64,000 nt of DNA from Verrucomicrobiia bacterium (GTDB taxonomy: Bacteria; Verrucomicrobiota; Verrucomicrobiia; Limisphaerales; UBA1319), in contig OY760937.1 of assembly GCA_963664225.1 (NCBI GenBank), positions 4,704,001-4,768,000 of the forward strand, given 5' to 3'. The position numbers and the translations under genes are program-made. Below, in pieces: positions 11,901-21,546 of the stretch. The stretch's first letter is position 1. Every line of letters begins with the position of its first letter. Below the pieces are notes generated by a model that saw only the letters and a program-made list of their open reading frames with translations, had not been told where the DNA came from and made no database searches.

Positions 11901-13189
11901 ACGCAGGTGGCGTCCATTCCGACCAAATGATAGCCCGAGTCGTTGTTGCCGTTGTCCTGGAATTTTCCGGTGTTGATGACTGGACGACAGTTGGACTGGG
12001 CCTGGATGGCGAAACCGCCGCTTCCGCTGATGGTCAGGTTGTTAAAAGTCGAACTGCACTCCCACATATTGATTCCATCCCGACCGCTGTTGAGCACCTG
12101 CAAATCATTGAACACAGGGCTGGAACCATCCAGGTAGATGGACGTCAGCCGATAAGTGCCATGGATGTAACCGATATTATCCCGGCCCGCGCAGGAAACG
12201 GTGAGGTGGTCGAGCACGCTGGATCCGGCGTCAGGACTGAAATAGAGACCATACCATTGGCCTGGTGTTGGTTCCGCCGCGCGCCCGGTGAAAACGACGG
12301 GTTCTGCGGAGGTGCCTTGAACAAGCAACGTTCCCGCAACGGAAAACGATCCATTCCCGGTCTTTAGTGTGACCCCGGCATCAACCGACAATCGGGCATC
12401 CTTGGGAATTGTGACGCCGCCATCGAGGAGGTACGGAAAGTTCGCACCAGGTTTATTCCAGCGGTTGGTGCCGACCAACGTGCCTCCCGGCATGTAAACA
12501 CCTCCAATGCCCGTGCCCGAAAAACTGTTTCCACTGATGACCGGCACTGTGTTGATGTCGTCCAGGACGACAGGATAGCCTGAGGCGGCCATATTTTTGA
12601 AGGTGTTATTCTGGAGCGTGGACTGGCCGAGCCAGGCTTCAATGCCATGACCCGCGCTGTCCTGAATGATGCAATTGCGAATGGTTGCGGTTGCGTTATC
12701 CAGGTAGATGGAGGCGAGCCGGTAGGCGCCGTGGATATAGCCCATATTGTCCCTGCCGGCTTTTTCAATGGTGCAACCATCCAGCAGGGAATTGGTTGAG
12801 GTCGGCGACATGTAGATGCCCAGCCAGGTTGTGTCACCGCTGCTTGTGAATGTGGCGTTATTGGCTTGAATCGAACCATTTACAATGATCGCAAAGCCTG
12901 TGCTGACCTTGACGGTCACTCCGGACTCGATTGTCAGGATGGATCCGGGGGAAACGGTGACATGGCGCTCCAGCACGTAAGGGCTGTTGGCCAGGGTCCA
13001 TGTCGTGCTATTGAGAGTGACGTCCTGAACTGATTCGCCCACACGATTGACGAAAGTGTCGGCATTCGCCGCGCACAGGAGCGCGCCAAAACCAAGAACC
13101 GCCATCATGAAATCCAAAAAGAGACGCATTCCGCATGCGGATAAAGGCGAGCGCGAGCCGAGTGGAATTGAGTATTGGGCACTTTTCAT
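5948..13189 (-). CDS. Giant (2413 aa) exported multidomain surface protein: six beta-helix repeats, two NEW3/Ig-like domains, a Vgb-like beta-propeller, a lectin-like domain and a C-terminal FYR domain
   Basis: Hydrophobic signal region ending ANA-D; repeated WxGIY...G(R/Q)DNxxY(I/L)HGxYR; SPAIDAG...VDMGAYE cap; FIWVPNS..GTVSK / PSRTTVD / YSDMTG propeller motifs; terminal RRFYRVIQKP. Confidence 0.85.
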   Translation of the reverse strand: MKSAQYSIPLGSRSPLSACGMRLFLDFMMAVLGFGALLCAANADTFVNRVGESVQDVTLNSTTWTLANSPYVLERHVTVSPGSILTIESGVTVKVSTGFAIIVNGSIQANNATFTSSGDTTWLGIYMSPTSTNSLLDGCTIEKAGRDNMGYIHGAYRLASIYLDNATATIRNCIIQDSAGHGIEAWLGQSTLQNNTFKNMAASGYPVVLDDINTVPVISGNSFSGTGIGGVYMPGGTLVGTNRWNKPGANFPYLLDGGVTIPKDARLSVDAGVTLKTGNGSFSVAGTLLVQGTSAEPVVFTGRAAEPTPGQWYGLYFSPDAGSSVLDHLTVSCAGRDNIGYIHGTYRLTSIYLDGSSPVFNDLQVLNSGRDGINMWECSSTFNNLTISGSGGFAIQAQSNCRPVINTGKFQDNGNNDSGYHLVGMDATCVPNPTGITCASNRFQAIRIWGGTMATNTLWKKWTSETPYYVTDQISVPAGVTLTIEQGATVKLQNSGIYVSGVLKAEGNPSQINFTSYRDDSVAGDSNGDGTESAPDRGNWRGIYLVGDAGSSVLDHCAFAYAGQDNLGYIHGAYRMPVIYVDACSPIIKNSSFAHYLHGIELWSSSAVIQNNTFADTRSDGFPIVCDTIDCLLKISGNSTDASGNPGVYMQGGTVTQSGNWQKPGTNFPYLVYGNVGVANGVVLTLEPGSTFKNRDNGWYIDGTLLVDGTAADPVKFTSRAADLAPSQWKGIYFGATAGNSIVNYATVEYAGQDNLNYLHGNYRYTAIYIDGSNPAFQHLTVSQSGRFGIEMWNARPSFNDLIIDACGSSAMVAYASSHPQIVNAVFSGNTGAYTISCDADSVPNPANTTFLTNGYSGIQIYGGEVIDSTLWRSFGTNAPYVITGDVSVRNGTELTLQTGANVKVVNSGLYVYGNFHATNVTFTSAYDDAVAGDSNGDTTNSVAAPNQWKGIYLSAGSSASTLEKCRLAYSGRDNLSYLHGDYRRCAVYIDGSSPRITDCVFSDMGGQGIELFGSEALVRSNQFINVPGGWFAVVMDDLSRFPKLGGNSAAGAGYLGIHVPGGGLSSAVTWTKAGTNFPYLVWNNLSVDAPASLNIEPGVLVKPRTGGIYVSSTLLVNGSPSDRVVFGNMGDTPTPASWAGIYFAPSATNSGVSFCDLYGAGRDNLLYANGEYQICAVYINGGNAQLRNVRIFANGGYGIRTFGSSALVCNSLLYSNSWGNIRLDAASPARIINNTLASAGDMGVYATDNAPLIANNIIAFNNGFGLFVPSGTPAEHHNIVFGNGKGPFGGAAILNLADSDLQIDPQFVDLATANYHLNAVSPAIDAGDNALVNPTWTDLDGRLRIHAATVDMGAYESGAAQATRLVDGMIRKAGDASYIGDNVFDPASQTVTQTVLFDTPAIYNLKLKYNGNLPDGMILRVTPPAQGWTVRVYDALTGGNEITDRVFNQGNFVVSTNATSATELRFEVTTSKSTVGNAIQTLVFNLFASGDPLVKDSLSAVTINKPFYQPDMAVRRTEDVRFTGENLVNNNGAGQQKTLEVEPGEKATFILKIINLGNLPDSFVVRGPSGGAGWEVHYYDAIYGANEITAAVTGTGWTNAPVAAGNAFEFKVDVTGSANIPAGTIKDLLVMAMSSNDGTKLDATISTVKITAKATTSQPGTYTLDADFEKGVLVGVEYQTVHNQLQLSTEAVTLPFIWVPNSNEGTVSKVDTRTGRELGRYRTGPPGLTLSPSRTTVDLQGNCWVANRQSATVVKIGLYENGQYSDRNGNGIIETSQDKNGDGIISADEMLDWGKDECVLLELVLIPGQEGTFIPGAFTNAYANDYWNPGPRGVAVDAQGNVWLGCYGSKKFYYADGLTGRILKTNDVSSVNHTSYGALIDGNGILWSSGNDKNHVLRLDPKDDSFRTIDIGHTVYGLALDRSNHLFATGWQSSKLSRVNTLTGLKEWTKDALNEMRGATVTDDGDVWVANSTPGYVSRWSNDGTLKATIPVGNQPTGVAVDADGKVWAVNFGDENIERINPANNTVDLSKRIVGGNHYGYSDMTGIISHTATIRSGRWSVIHNGGLEDTPWGTVSWHSKEAAGTFIKVRVRSSNDRANWTLWENALNGIPLHSTAPGKYLEVEATFQAGASEIPPILYDLTVTPSGQAPTGDLVYGADFQSGAASDVWSQTNITTAPSGQRKFLGRFGPTNVVLTLPDLTPHSSVMVSFDLLIIGSWDGNNTNDGPDLFNVDVAGGLKLLNASFNNGPTNSIEFAQSYPDSISGPMHLALTGAAETNVLGYASVDGAASDSVYKFSQTFTHSADTLTLNFGASGLSTNLNLESWGLDNVQVRVIPLSAPPYLRYMGKPVNGKFHVMVSAEYGKNLEFQVSTNLTGWTTLVTTNTVTTNLVECVDENATVSGRRFYRVIQKP
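9670..12830 (-). repeat. Six intragenic ~190-230 aa repeats with alternating period
   Basis: GxDNxxYxxGxY motif near 12740, 12170, 11485, 10920, 10260 and 9690; spacings alternate between ~570 and ~660-685 nt. Confidence 0.85.
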
Positions 13190-13421
13190 ACAATTGATTT
13201 TGTAGGTTTACCTGGGTGCGAACACCCGTTCCAATGCATCTCCTTTGATAGGAACAGGGGATTCCAACCAATGCGCTTATATTGGCAAAAATTCTTGTCT
13301 GAATCAAGATTTAATGCATAATAAGTTCCATAAATATTCTCGCCACCGTAATTGATGAGAAGAGGCGCTTCGCATGGCGCAGATCATCACCGGTTGGCGG
13401 GTGTGGATACACCCTGTCTTC

Positions 13422-16298
13422 ATGTCTATGAAAACTGAAAAGTCCTGCCGGTTCATAAAATGGTCCGCCGCCGCGGTGTGTGCCGCGTGGCTGGCTGCCG
13501 GGTCATTCGTCGAGTCTTATGCCCAGACTCCTCCGCCTGGAGCTGCCACCAATCCGCCTGCGCCGGCGTCCAAATTCAAGGAATTCGGCGAGGTGGTGAA
13601 GGGCTGCGACAAGTTCGAGGGATTCTTCAATCTCTACCGGACCAATGACACGCTTTACGCGGAAATCAAAGGCGGGGTTCTGGACCAGCCCATACTGTCG
13701 CCGATTGCCATCGCCCGGGGAATGGCCTCGGCCGGACAGCCGTTGAATTTCGGGGATGAATGGATTTTGGTTTTTCACCGGGAAGGGGACAAGATTCAGG
13801 TGATTCGCCGCAATATTCATTACCAGGCGCCGGCAGGCACACCGCTCGAAAAGGCGGTGAAGCAGAATTACACGGATTCGGTGCTGATGGCCCTGCCCAT
13901 CGTCACGCTTAATGGGGCCAATCCGGTGATTGATTTTTCCCAAATCTATTTTACGGACTTCGCCAATTTGCGGATGGGGCAGTTGGATCGCAACCGAACT
14001 TCATGGCATAAGATCAGCACGTTTCCCAATAACATCGAGTTGGAGGTGGAGGCGACCTTCATGACTGGCGGGAACATGTCCATGATGTCCTCCTATAGTG
14101 ATGATGGAGTGGCGGATGGACGTGGTGTCACGCTGGTGATTCACTTCAGCCTGGCGAAGCTGCCGGAAACGGGCTACAAACCGCGCCTGGCGGACAACCG
14201 TGTGGGCCATTTCATCAGTGCGAGCAAGGACTTCGGCTCCACCGATGCGGATTCGATGTTTGTGCGGCAGATCAACCGGTGGCGCCTGGAGAAGGCGGAT
14301 CCCAAAGCCAAGCTCTCGCCGCCGAAGAAACAGTTGATCTGGTGGGTGGAGGATACCGTTCCCCATGAGTTTCGTCCGTATGTGCAGGAGGGAATTCTGG
14401 AATGGAACAAGGCCTTTGAAAAAATCGGATTCCGGGATGCGATCGGTGTGCGCTGGCAGAATGAGCGTGACGACTTCGATCCCGAGGACATCAATTACTG
14501 CACGTTCCGCTGGATTACGACGAGCACGACCTACGCCATGTCCGGGCTCAGGGCCAATCCCCTGACTGGTGAAATGATCGATGGGGATGTGATTTTCGAC
14601 GCAAGCTGGATTCGCTATTGGAAAACACAATACGCCTTTCTGGTGGGCAAGCCGGTGGCTGCCACGGAAGGTGGGCCGGAATCTTATCGCCCACTCATGG
14701 CTGCGGAGATCATCAGCCCCATCATGGCCGCCAAATACGGTTATGGCCTGCCGATGCCACTTCTTGCCAACCGGTTGAGAAATCAAATGAGTGCCGGACA
14801 AGCAGGGTTGGAAATTCCGGAGTTGGTTCCCGCCGAGTGGACTCCGATGCAGTTCCAGTTGAGCCGCCGACTCGCGCAGGGGCGATTCAACACCTGCCAG
14901 TGTGTGGCGGGGATGCAGCCTGAGTTCGCGCTGGCCGCGATCGCCATGGCGGCTGAGAGCAAGACCAATCTGGATGGCAAACTGCCGGATGAGTTCCTCA
15001 GGCAGGCCATCAAAGAGGTGGTCATGCATGAGGTGGGGCATTCACTGGGGTTGCGCCATAATTTCCACGGGAGCACGATGCTCAAGCCGGAGGAGATCAA
15101 CGACACCGCCATCACCCGCGTCAAAGGCATGTCGGGCAGCATCATGGATTACAACCCAATCAATATCGCCCCCAAAGGGCAAAAACAGGGGGATTATGCC
15201 AGCACCACTCTTGGGCCGTATGATTATTGGGCGATCGAATATGCCTACAAGCCCATTGAAGGGGACGAACCGGCCGAGTTGAAAAAAATCGCCGAACGCT
15301 CTCCGGAAGCGGATCTGGTTTATGGCACCGACGAGGACATGTACATGAATGACGATCCCTACGTCAACGTGTATGACCTGACCTCCGATCCCATGAAATA
15401 TGGCCAGGACCGTATCGCACTGGCGGCGGAATTGTTAAAGAACCTGGATGAAAACATCGTGAAGGACGGGGAATCGTGGGCGCGGTTGCGCCGGGCTTTC
15501 ACAGTCCTGCTCGGGCAATACGGCAACGGGACCTACCTGGCCGTTCAGTATATTGGCGGGCAATCTGTTTCCCGCGACTTCAAAGGCTCAAAGGACGCAC
15601 ACGATCCTGTGACACCCATTGCCGGCGAAACGCAACGGGAGGCGATAAAGTTCCTGGTCGATAAAATCCTGAGCACACAGGCCTTCGAGTTTTCGCCTGC
15701 ATTATTACGGCGCCTGACGGAGGAGCATTGGTATCATTGGGGGGATGAATCGATGTCATTCGGCGGTGGCATCAATTATCCCATCAATGAACGGGTGCTG
15801 AGCATTCAACGCATTGTGTTGAACCAGTGTTTCAACGGCAGCGTCCTGGCCCGCATCCAAAATCAGGAACTCCAGGCTGATTCGGGGGCGAATCCGATCA
15901 AGATTGCCGAAATCTTCCAAATGCTCACCGACGGCGTATGGACGGAGGTCAAGCAGGACAGCAACGGGAATGCCCAGAATGAGATGCGGATTTCCCTGCT
16001 GCGCCGCAATCTGCAGCGCGAACACCTGCAACGCCTTTGCACCATGGTGTTGGGGAACCGCCGCAATCCCTACGACGGGATGTATGGCTACGTCATGATT
16101 CTGGGAGGAACCAGCGGCAACGTGCCTGCGGACGCCCGAAACCTGGCCCGGCTGCATTTGCAGGACATCCGCAAGAACATTCAGGCGAGCCTGGACAATC
16201 AAAACCTTAAGAAAGACAAGGCGACCGAGGCGCATCTGATGGATTGTCAGGACCGCCTGAAAAAGGTGCTTGAGGCCAGTTACATGGCCAACGATTGA
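13422..16298 (+). CDS. Exported zinc metalloprotease, EcxA-like (DUF5117/DUF4953 Met-zincin)
   Basis: Signal peptide, PRLADNRVGHF, RWRLEK, HEVGHSLGLRHNF zinc motif, Met-turn SIMDY, GPYDYWAIEYAY. Start 13422/13428 preferred over 13374. Confidence 0.9.
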   Translation: MSMKTEKSCRFIKWSAAAVCAAWLAAGSFVESYAQTPPPGAATNPPAPASKFKEFGEVVKGCDKFEGFFNLYRTNDTLYAEIKGGVLDQPILSPIAIARGMASAGQPLNFGDEWILVFHREGDKIQVIRRNIHYQAPAGTPLEKAVKQNYTDSVLMALPIVTLNGANPVIDFSQIYFTDFANLRMGQLDRNRTSWHKISTFPNNIELEVEATFMTGGNMSMMSSYSDDGVADGRGVTLVIHFSLAKLPETGYKPRLADNRVGHFISASKDFGSTDADSMFVRQINRWRLEKADPKAKLSPPKKQLIWWVEDTVPHEFRPYVQEGILEWNKAFEKIGFRDAIGVRWQNERDDFDPEDINYCTFRWITTSTTYAMSGLRANPLTGEMIDGDVIFDASWIRYWKTQYAFLVGKPVAATEGGPESYRPLMAAEIISPIMAAKYGYGLPMPLLANRLRNQMSAGQAGLEIPELVPAEWTPMQFQLSRRLAQGRFNTCQCVAGMQPEFALAAIAMAAESKTNLDGKLPDEFLRQAIKEVVMHEVGHSLGLRHNFHGSTMLKPEEINDTAITRVKGMSGSIMDYNPINIAPKGQKQGDYASTTLGPYDYWAIEYAYKPIEGDEPAELKKIAERSPEADLVYGTDEDMYMNDDPYVNVYDLTSDPMKYGQDRIALAAELLKNLDENIVKDGESWARLRRAFTVLLGQYGNGTYLAVQYIGGQSVSRDFKGSKDAHDPVTPIAGETQREAIKFLVDKILSTQAFEFSPALLRRLTEEHWYHWGDESMSFGGGINYPINERVLSIQRIVLNQCFNGSVLARIQNQELQADSGANPIKIAEIFQMLTDGVWTEVKQDSNGNAQNEMRISLLRRNLQREHLQRLCTMVLGNRRNPYDGMYGYVMILGGTSGNVPADARNLARLHLQDIRKNIQASLDNQNLKKDKATEAHLMDCQDRLKKVLEASYMAND

Positions 16299-16374
16299 GC
16301 ATTCATCGAATAAAAACAGAGGGTTTCGACCATTGGCGGTCTGCGAAGCCCTGACTGAAGGACGGAAATTCAAG

Positions 16375-16428
16375 ACGCTGCCGGACGGATGAAGGAACAG
16401 CCTCGCCCGACCGGCAGCGTTTCTTTGT
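16375..16428 (+). terminator. Probable intrinsic terminator after the metalloprotease gene
   Basis: ACGCTGCCGG (16375-16384) / CCGGCAGCGT (16411-16420) followed by TTCTTTGT; the loop is long (26 nt). A second imperfect hairpin lies at 16320-16352. Confidence 0.55.
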
Positions 16429-16515
16429 GAATCTGGCCGGAAGGAAAACATCGAGCGGACGTTTGAATAGTATCCGATTGTGTCTCATCGATTTTGTGTT
16501 AACCTCAAATTCCCG

Positions 16516-17556
16516 ATGATGATGAACAAGCGCGAACGGTTTTTGAATGCCTGCCACTGCAAGCCGGTGGATTGTCCGCCGCTCTGGCTCATGCGACAAG
16601 CGGGGCGCGCGCTGCCGGAGTATCGGGCCATGAAGGAGCAGCGCACCTTTCTGGAGATGGTGCAAACGCCCGAGTTGGCCGCGGAGGTGACGCTGCAACC
16701 AATACGGCGTTTCGGATTCGATGCGGCCATTCTATTCAGCGACATCCTGGTGATTCCCGAGGCGCTGGGTCAGAAGTATCATTTCCGCGATGCGGGCGGT
16801 GTATGCATGGAGTTTTCCGTGCGCAGCGCCCAGGACGCTGAACGTCTGCGATGGGAGGGTGTGGCCGGGCGATTGCCTTACGTGGATGCCGCGCTGCGGC
16901 TGTTGAAGAAGGAATTAAACGGGCAAACGGCGTTGATTGGTTTTGCGGGATCGCCCTGGACGCTGGCCAATTTCATGGTCGAGGGAGGCAGTTCGAAGAA
17001 TTTTACGCGCGCACTGGCCTGGTGGCAGGAAGACCGCGCGGGTTGCGAACGCTTTCTGGCACGGCTGACCCAGGCGGTGATCGAGTATTTGGAGCTGCAA
17101 ATCGCGGCCGGGGCCGAAGCGCTGCAAGTTTTCGATACGCTGGGCGGGTTGTTGGACGAGGCCGCCTTCGGTCCGGCATCGGCGCGCTGGATGGGGCAGA
17201 TCGTTGAGGCTGTTGGCGGGCGTGTGCCGGTCATCCTTTTTTCCAAGGTGCCCCAATCGCATTGGCGGTTTATGATCGATTCGCGACCGGGGGGCATCAG
17301 CATGGACAGCGCGATCAGCATGGCGGCGGCACGAAAGGCGATTCCGGCGGGCATTGCCATTCAGGGCAACCTGGATCCAAACGTCATGACGGGTCCGATC
17401 GATGGGGTTGAATCGGGTGCGCGCGGAATTCTGCAGGAGATGAATGGCCGAAATGGGTATATCTTTAACCTTGGGCATGGATTGCCTCCGACCACGCCTG
17501 TTGAAAATGTGACGCGACTGGTGGAGACTGTGAGGACATTTAAATGGGAAAAATAG
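16516..17556 (+). CDS. hemE: Uroporphyrinogen decarboxylase
   Basis: PLWLMRQAGR, DAAILFSDIL, IGFAGSPWTL, QGNLDP, YIFNLGHG. Confidence 0.96.
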   Translation: MMMNKRERFLNACHCKPVDCPPLWLMRQAGRALPEYRAMKEQRTFLEMVQTPELAAEVTLQPIRRFGFDAAILFSDILVIPEALGQKYHFRDAGGVCMEFSVRSAQDAERLRWEGVAGRLPYVDAALRLLKKELNGQTALIGFAGSPWTLANFMVEGGSSKNFTRALAWWQEDRAGCERFLARLTQAVIEYLELQIAAGAEALQVFDTLGGLLDEAAFGPASARWMGQIVEAVGGRVPVILFSKVPQSHWRFMIDSRPGGISMDSAISMAAARKAIPAGIAIQGNLDPNVMTGPIDGVESGARGILQEMNGRNGYIFNLGHGLPPTTPVENVTRLVETVRTFKWEK

Positions 17557-18917
17557 AAGTCAATCTGGAGTTGGTCCGAAAATATAACGTTCCGGGACCG
17601 CGCTATACGTCCTATCCGCCCGCGCCCCGGTTTACGTCGGATATCGGATGGACAGAGCTGACGGATTACGTGCGGAAGAACAACGCCACGGAGCGGGATA
17701 TTTCGCTCTACTATCATCTGCCATTTTGCCGTTCGTTGTGCTGGTTCTGCGGCTGCACAACGGTCATCACCAAGAAACAGGAGGCCTCTGGAACCTATCT
17801 GACCTATCTGGAAAAGGAAATGGATCTCATGCAGCCCTTGCTGAATCCCCGCCGGAAGGTCACGCAGATGCATTTTGGCGGCGGCACGCCCACATTCCTT
17901 TTGCCGGATGAAATACGGCGGCTGGGCCAGTCCATTCATCAACGGTTCCAATTTGCGGAGAACTATGAGGCGGGCGTGGAGATCGATCCCAGAGGGGTGA
18001 CACGCGATCATCTGACGGCCTTGCGTGAAGCGGGTTTCAACCGGGCGTCGATCGGGGTGCAGGACCACAACCCGGAGGTGCAGCAGGCGGTGCATCGCAT
18101 CCAGCCACGGGAAATGTCCGAGGCGGTTGTGGATTGGATTCGGGAGGCGGGTTTTCACTCGCTGAACATGGACCTCATTTACGGGCTGCCGCATCAGACG
18201 CCCCATTCTTTTGAAAAGACCCTCTGTGACATTATTGCGCTAAAACCGGACAGGCTGGCGGTGTTCAGCTACGCGCATGTGCCCTGGCTCAAACACGCCC
18301 AGAACGTGTTGGAATCCCGGAATCTGCCAACGGCGGAGGTGAAGATGGAGCTGCTCAAGCTGACCATCGAGAAACTGACCTCCGAAGGTTATGTGTATAT
18401 CGGCATGGATCATTTCGCGCGGGAGAATGACGAGCTGGCGGTGGCCCAGAAGCAAAAGACACTGCAGCGGAACTTTCAGGGCTACAGCACGCATGGCGGG
18501 GCGGATATTTACGCTTTTGGCATGTCCTCGATTTCGCAAACCGATACGGTTTACTGGCAGAATCTCAAGGAATTGCCCCAGTATTACGGGGCGCTGGACC
18601 AGGGACGGTCACCACAGATCAAAGGCTATGTGCTGACGCGCGATGACCAGATTCGTCGGCAAACCATCATGCGGCTCATGTGCCATTTGAGCCTGGATCT
18701 GGCGAAGCTTTCCGCGGATTTCGATATCGACGCGCCGCGCTATTTTGAGAAGGAACTGGCGTCTCTGACCGATTTGGAGGCGGACGGCCTGGTCAAACTT
18801 ACAGATCAGGGTGTCGAAATCACGGATTTGGGGCGATTGCTCATACGGAATATCTCCATGCGTTTTGACGCCTACCTGCCAAAGGAAAACGAGCGCCGGT
18901 TTTCAAGAACGATATGA
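17544..18917 (+). CDS. hemN: Oxygen-independent coproporphyrinogen III oxidase (radical SAM)
   Basis: GPRYTSYP N-terminus, CxxxCxxC (CRSLCWFCGC), FGGGTP, IGMDHFA, RNFQGY. Confidence 0.97.
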   Translation: MGKIEVNLELVRKYNVPGPRYTSYPPAPRFTSDIGWTELTDYVRKNNATERDISLYYHLPFCRSLCWFCGCTTVITKKQEASGTYLTYLEKEMDLMQPLLNPRRKVTQMHFGGGTPTFLLPDEIRRLGQSIHQRFQFAENYEAGVEIDPRGVTRDHLTALREAGFNRASIGVQDHNPEVQQAVHRIQPREMSEAVVDWIREAGFHSLNMDLIYGLPHQTPHSFEKTLCDIIALKPDRLAVFSYAHVPWLKHAQNVLESRNLPTAEVKMELLKLTIEKLTSEGYVYIGMDHFARENDELAVAQKQKTLQRNFQGYSTHGGADIYAFGMSSISQTDTVYWQNLKELPQYYGALDQGRSPQIKGYVLTRDDQIRRQTIMRLMCHLSLDLAKLSADFDIDAPRYFEKELASLTDLEADGLVKLTDQGVEITDLGRLLIRNISMRFDAYLPKENERRFSRTI

Positions 18918-20338
18918 AATCAGTGGCCATTATTGGAGGGGGAATCACAGGGCTAACGGCCGCGTTCCGACTGGAACAAAAAGGAATCCCTGTCGCTCTT
19001 TACGAAGCGAACAACAGGGTGGGGGGCGTGATTGAATCAATTCGCGAGGGAGGTTACCTGGCCGAGTTCGGACCGAATACGCTTCTGGAGACCTCGCCCA
19101 ACATCATGGAATTGATTCGCGCGGCGGGGTTGGAAGAGCGTTGCTGGCATTCCGACCCAGGCGCGGAGAATCGCTACCTGGTGCGGGGGCGCAAAACCAT
19201 CGCCATGCCGGGCGGGTTGTTTGGATTTTTGAGCACGCCGTTGTTTTCCACTGCGTCCAAGTTCGCCCTGTTCAAGGAACCGTTTGTGCCGCGATGGAAC
19301 AACGCCCATGAAGAGAGCGTGGCGGAATTGGTGGTGAGACGGTTGGGAACGGATTTTCTCAATTACGCCATCGATCCCATGGTGGCGGGGGTCTATGCGG
19401 GAAATCCCGCGCGCCTGTCTGTGATGCACGCGTTTCCCAAGCTCTACGCGTTGGAACAGAAATACGGGTCGTTGATCAAGGGGCAGATTTTGGGCGCGCG
19501 CGAACGCAAACGCCGGGCGGAGGTTTCCAAGCAAAACGCGAAGAAGATTTCATTCGACGACGGTCTGCAGGTGCTGCCTGACGGACTGCGGGCGCGGTTG
19601 CGTGGGCCAGTCCGTTTGTCAGCCCGCGTGAAGAGCGTTGCGCGCAGGGCAGAGGGTTGGACGGTGACGTGGGAATCTGCCGATGGCGTGCATTCCGAGG
19701 AACACAGCACGGTTCTTTATTGCGGCACGGCTCATCAATTGGCGGAACTCCAGCTTGGCGGCCAGCAGACGATCGATACGAAGCCTTTCGCGGCGGTGCG
19801 ATACCCGCCAGTGGCGAGCGTTGTGCTGGGATTCCGTCGCTCGGAAGTGACGCATCCGCTGGATGGATTTGGGGCGTTGATTCCCAAATGTGAGGGTTTT
19901 AACATTTTGGGCACGCTATTCTCGTCGTCACTTTTTGCGCGGCGCGCGCCAGAGGGTTTTGTGACGCTCACGTCCTATGTCGGGGGCGAAAGAAATCCGG
20001 ATCTGGCCTTCAAACCTGAAAACGAGCTGGTGGATTTGGTGTGCAAGGATCTGGCTGTTTTGTTCGGGGTGAGCGGCGCACCGACGTATCGACGCTGCAC
20101 GCTGTATGCGAAGGCGATTCCCCAGTATGAAGTGGGCTATGGGCGCATCAAGGACCTGGCGGATCGGATGGAGACCGACGCGCCCGGATTCTTTATTGCG
20201 GGGAATTTTCGGAATGGCATTTCACTTAGCGATTCGCTCCTGTCTGGTTGGAATGTCGCGGACCGGATTGAAACATTCCTGAATCAAAAACCTGAGGGTG
20301 CGCCAAACATGACTGCGGCTGTGCCGATACACACCTGA
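18914..20338 (+). CDS. hemG: FAD-dependent protoporphyrinogen oxidase (HemY type)
   Basis: GGGITGL dinucleotide-binding motif, EFGPNT, GVYAG, AIPQYEVG; ATGA overlap with hemN. Confidence 0.93.
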   Translation: MKSVAIIGGGITGLTAAFRLEQKGIPVALYEANNRVGGVIESIREGGYLAEFGPNTLLETSPNIMELIRAAGLEERCWHSDPGAENRYLVRGRKTIAMPGGLFGFLSTPLFSTASKFALFKEPFVPRWNNAHEESVAELVVRRLGTDFLNYAIDPMVAGVYAGNPARLSVMHAFPKLYALEQKYGSLIKGQILGARERKRRAEVSKQNAKKISFDDGLQVLPDGLRARLRGPVRLSARVKSVARRAEGWTVTWESADGVHSEEHSTVLYCGTAHQLAELQLGGQQTIDTKPFAAVRYPPVASVVLGFRRSEVTHPLDGFGALIPKCEGFNILGTLFSSSLFARRAPEGFVTLTSYVGGERNPDLAFKPENELVDLVCKDLAVLFGVSGAPTYRRCTLYAKAIPQYEVGYGRIKDLADRMETDAPGFFIAGNFRNGISLSDSLLSGWNVADRIETFLNQKPEGAPNMTAAVPIHT

Positions 20339-20342
20339 TTCC

Positions 20343-21374
<1,032 letters not shown>

Positions 21375-21546
21375 GGCGGATTGTCAATTGCCGCGGTTTT
21401 CGGGTGCAGGCAAGGGGAAGGGAAGCGGTTTAGCTTTGTGAAGTTTCCGTAACGATTCCGGGAGGTCATTATTTAAAATTCGAAAATAAATTGGAATGGG
21501 GTTGACATAAGGGGAAATAATTAGTTTTTTTAGTTAACAATTAATT

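Noticed and set aside
16494..16510. FNR/Rex-like palindrome before hemE (TTTGTGTTAACCTCAAA)
   Set aside because: Half-site spacing and sequence match neither consensus well.
21502..21536. Sigma70 promoter for the LysR gene (perfect TTGACA at 21502)
   Set aside because: No acceptable -10 hexamer at 16-18 nt spacing, so it cannot be called confidently.
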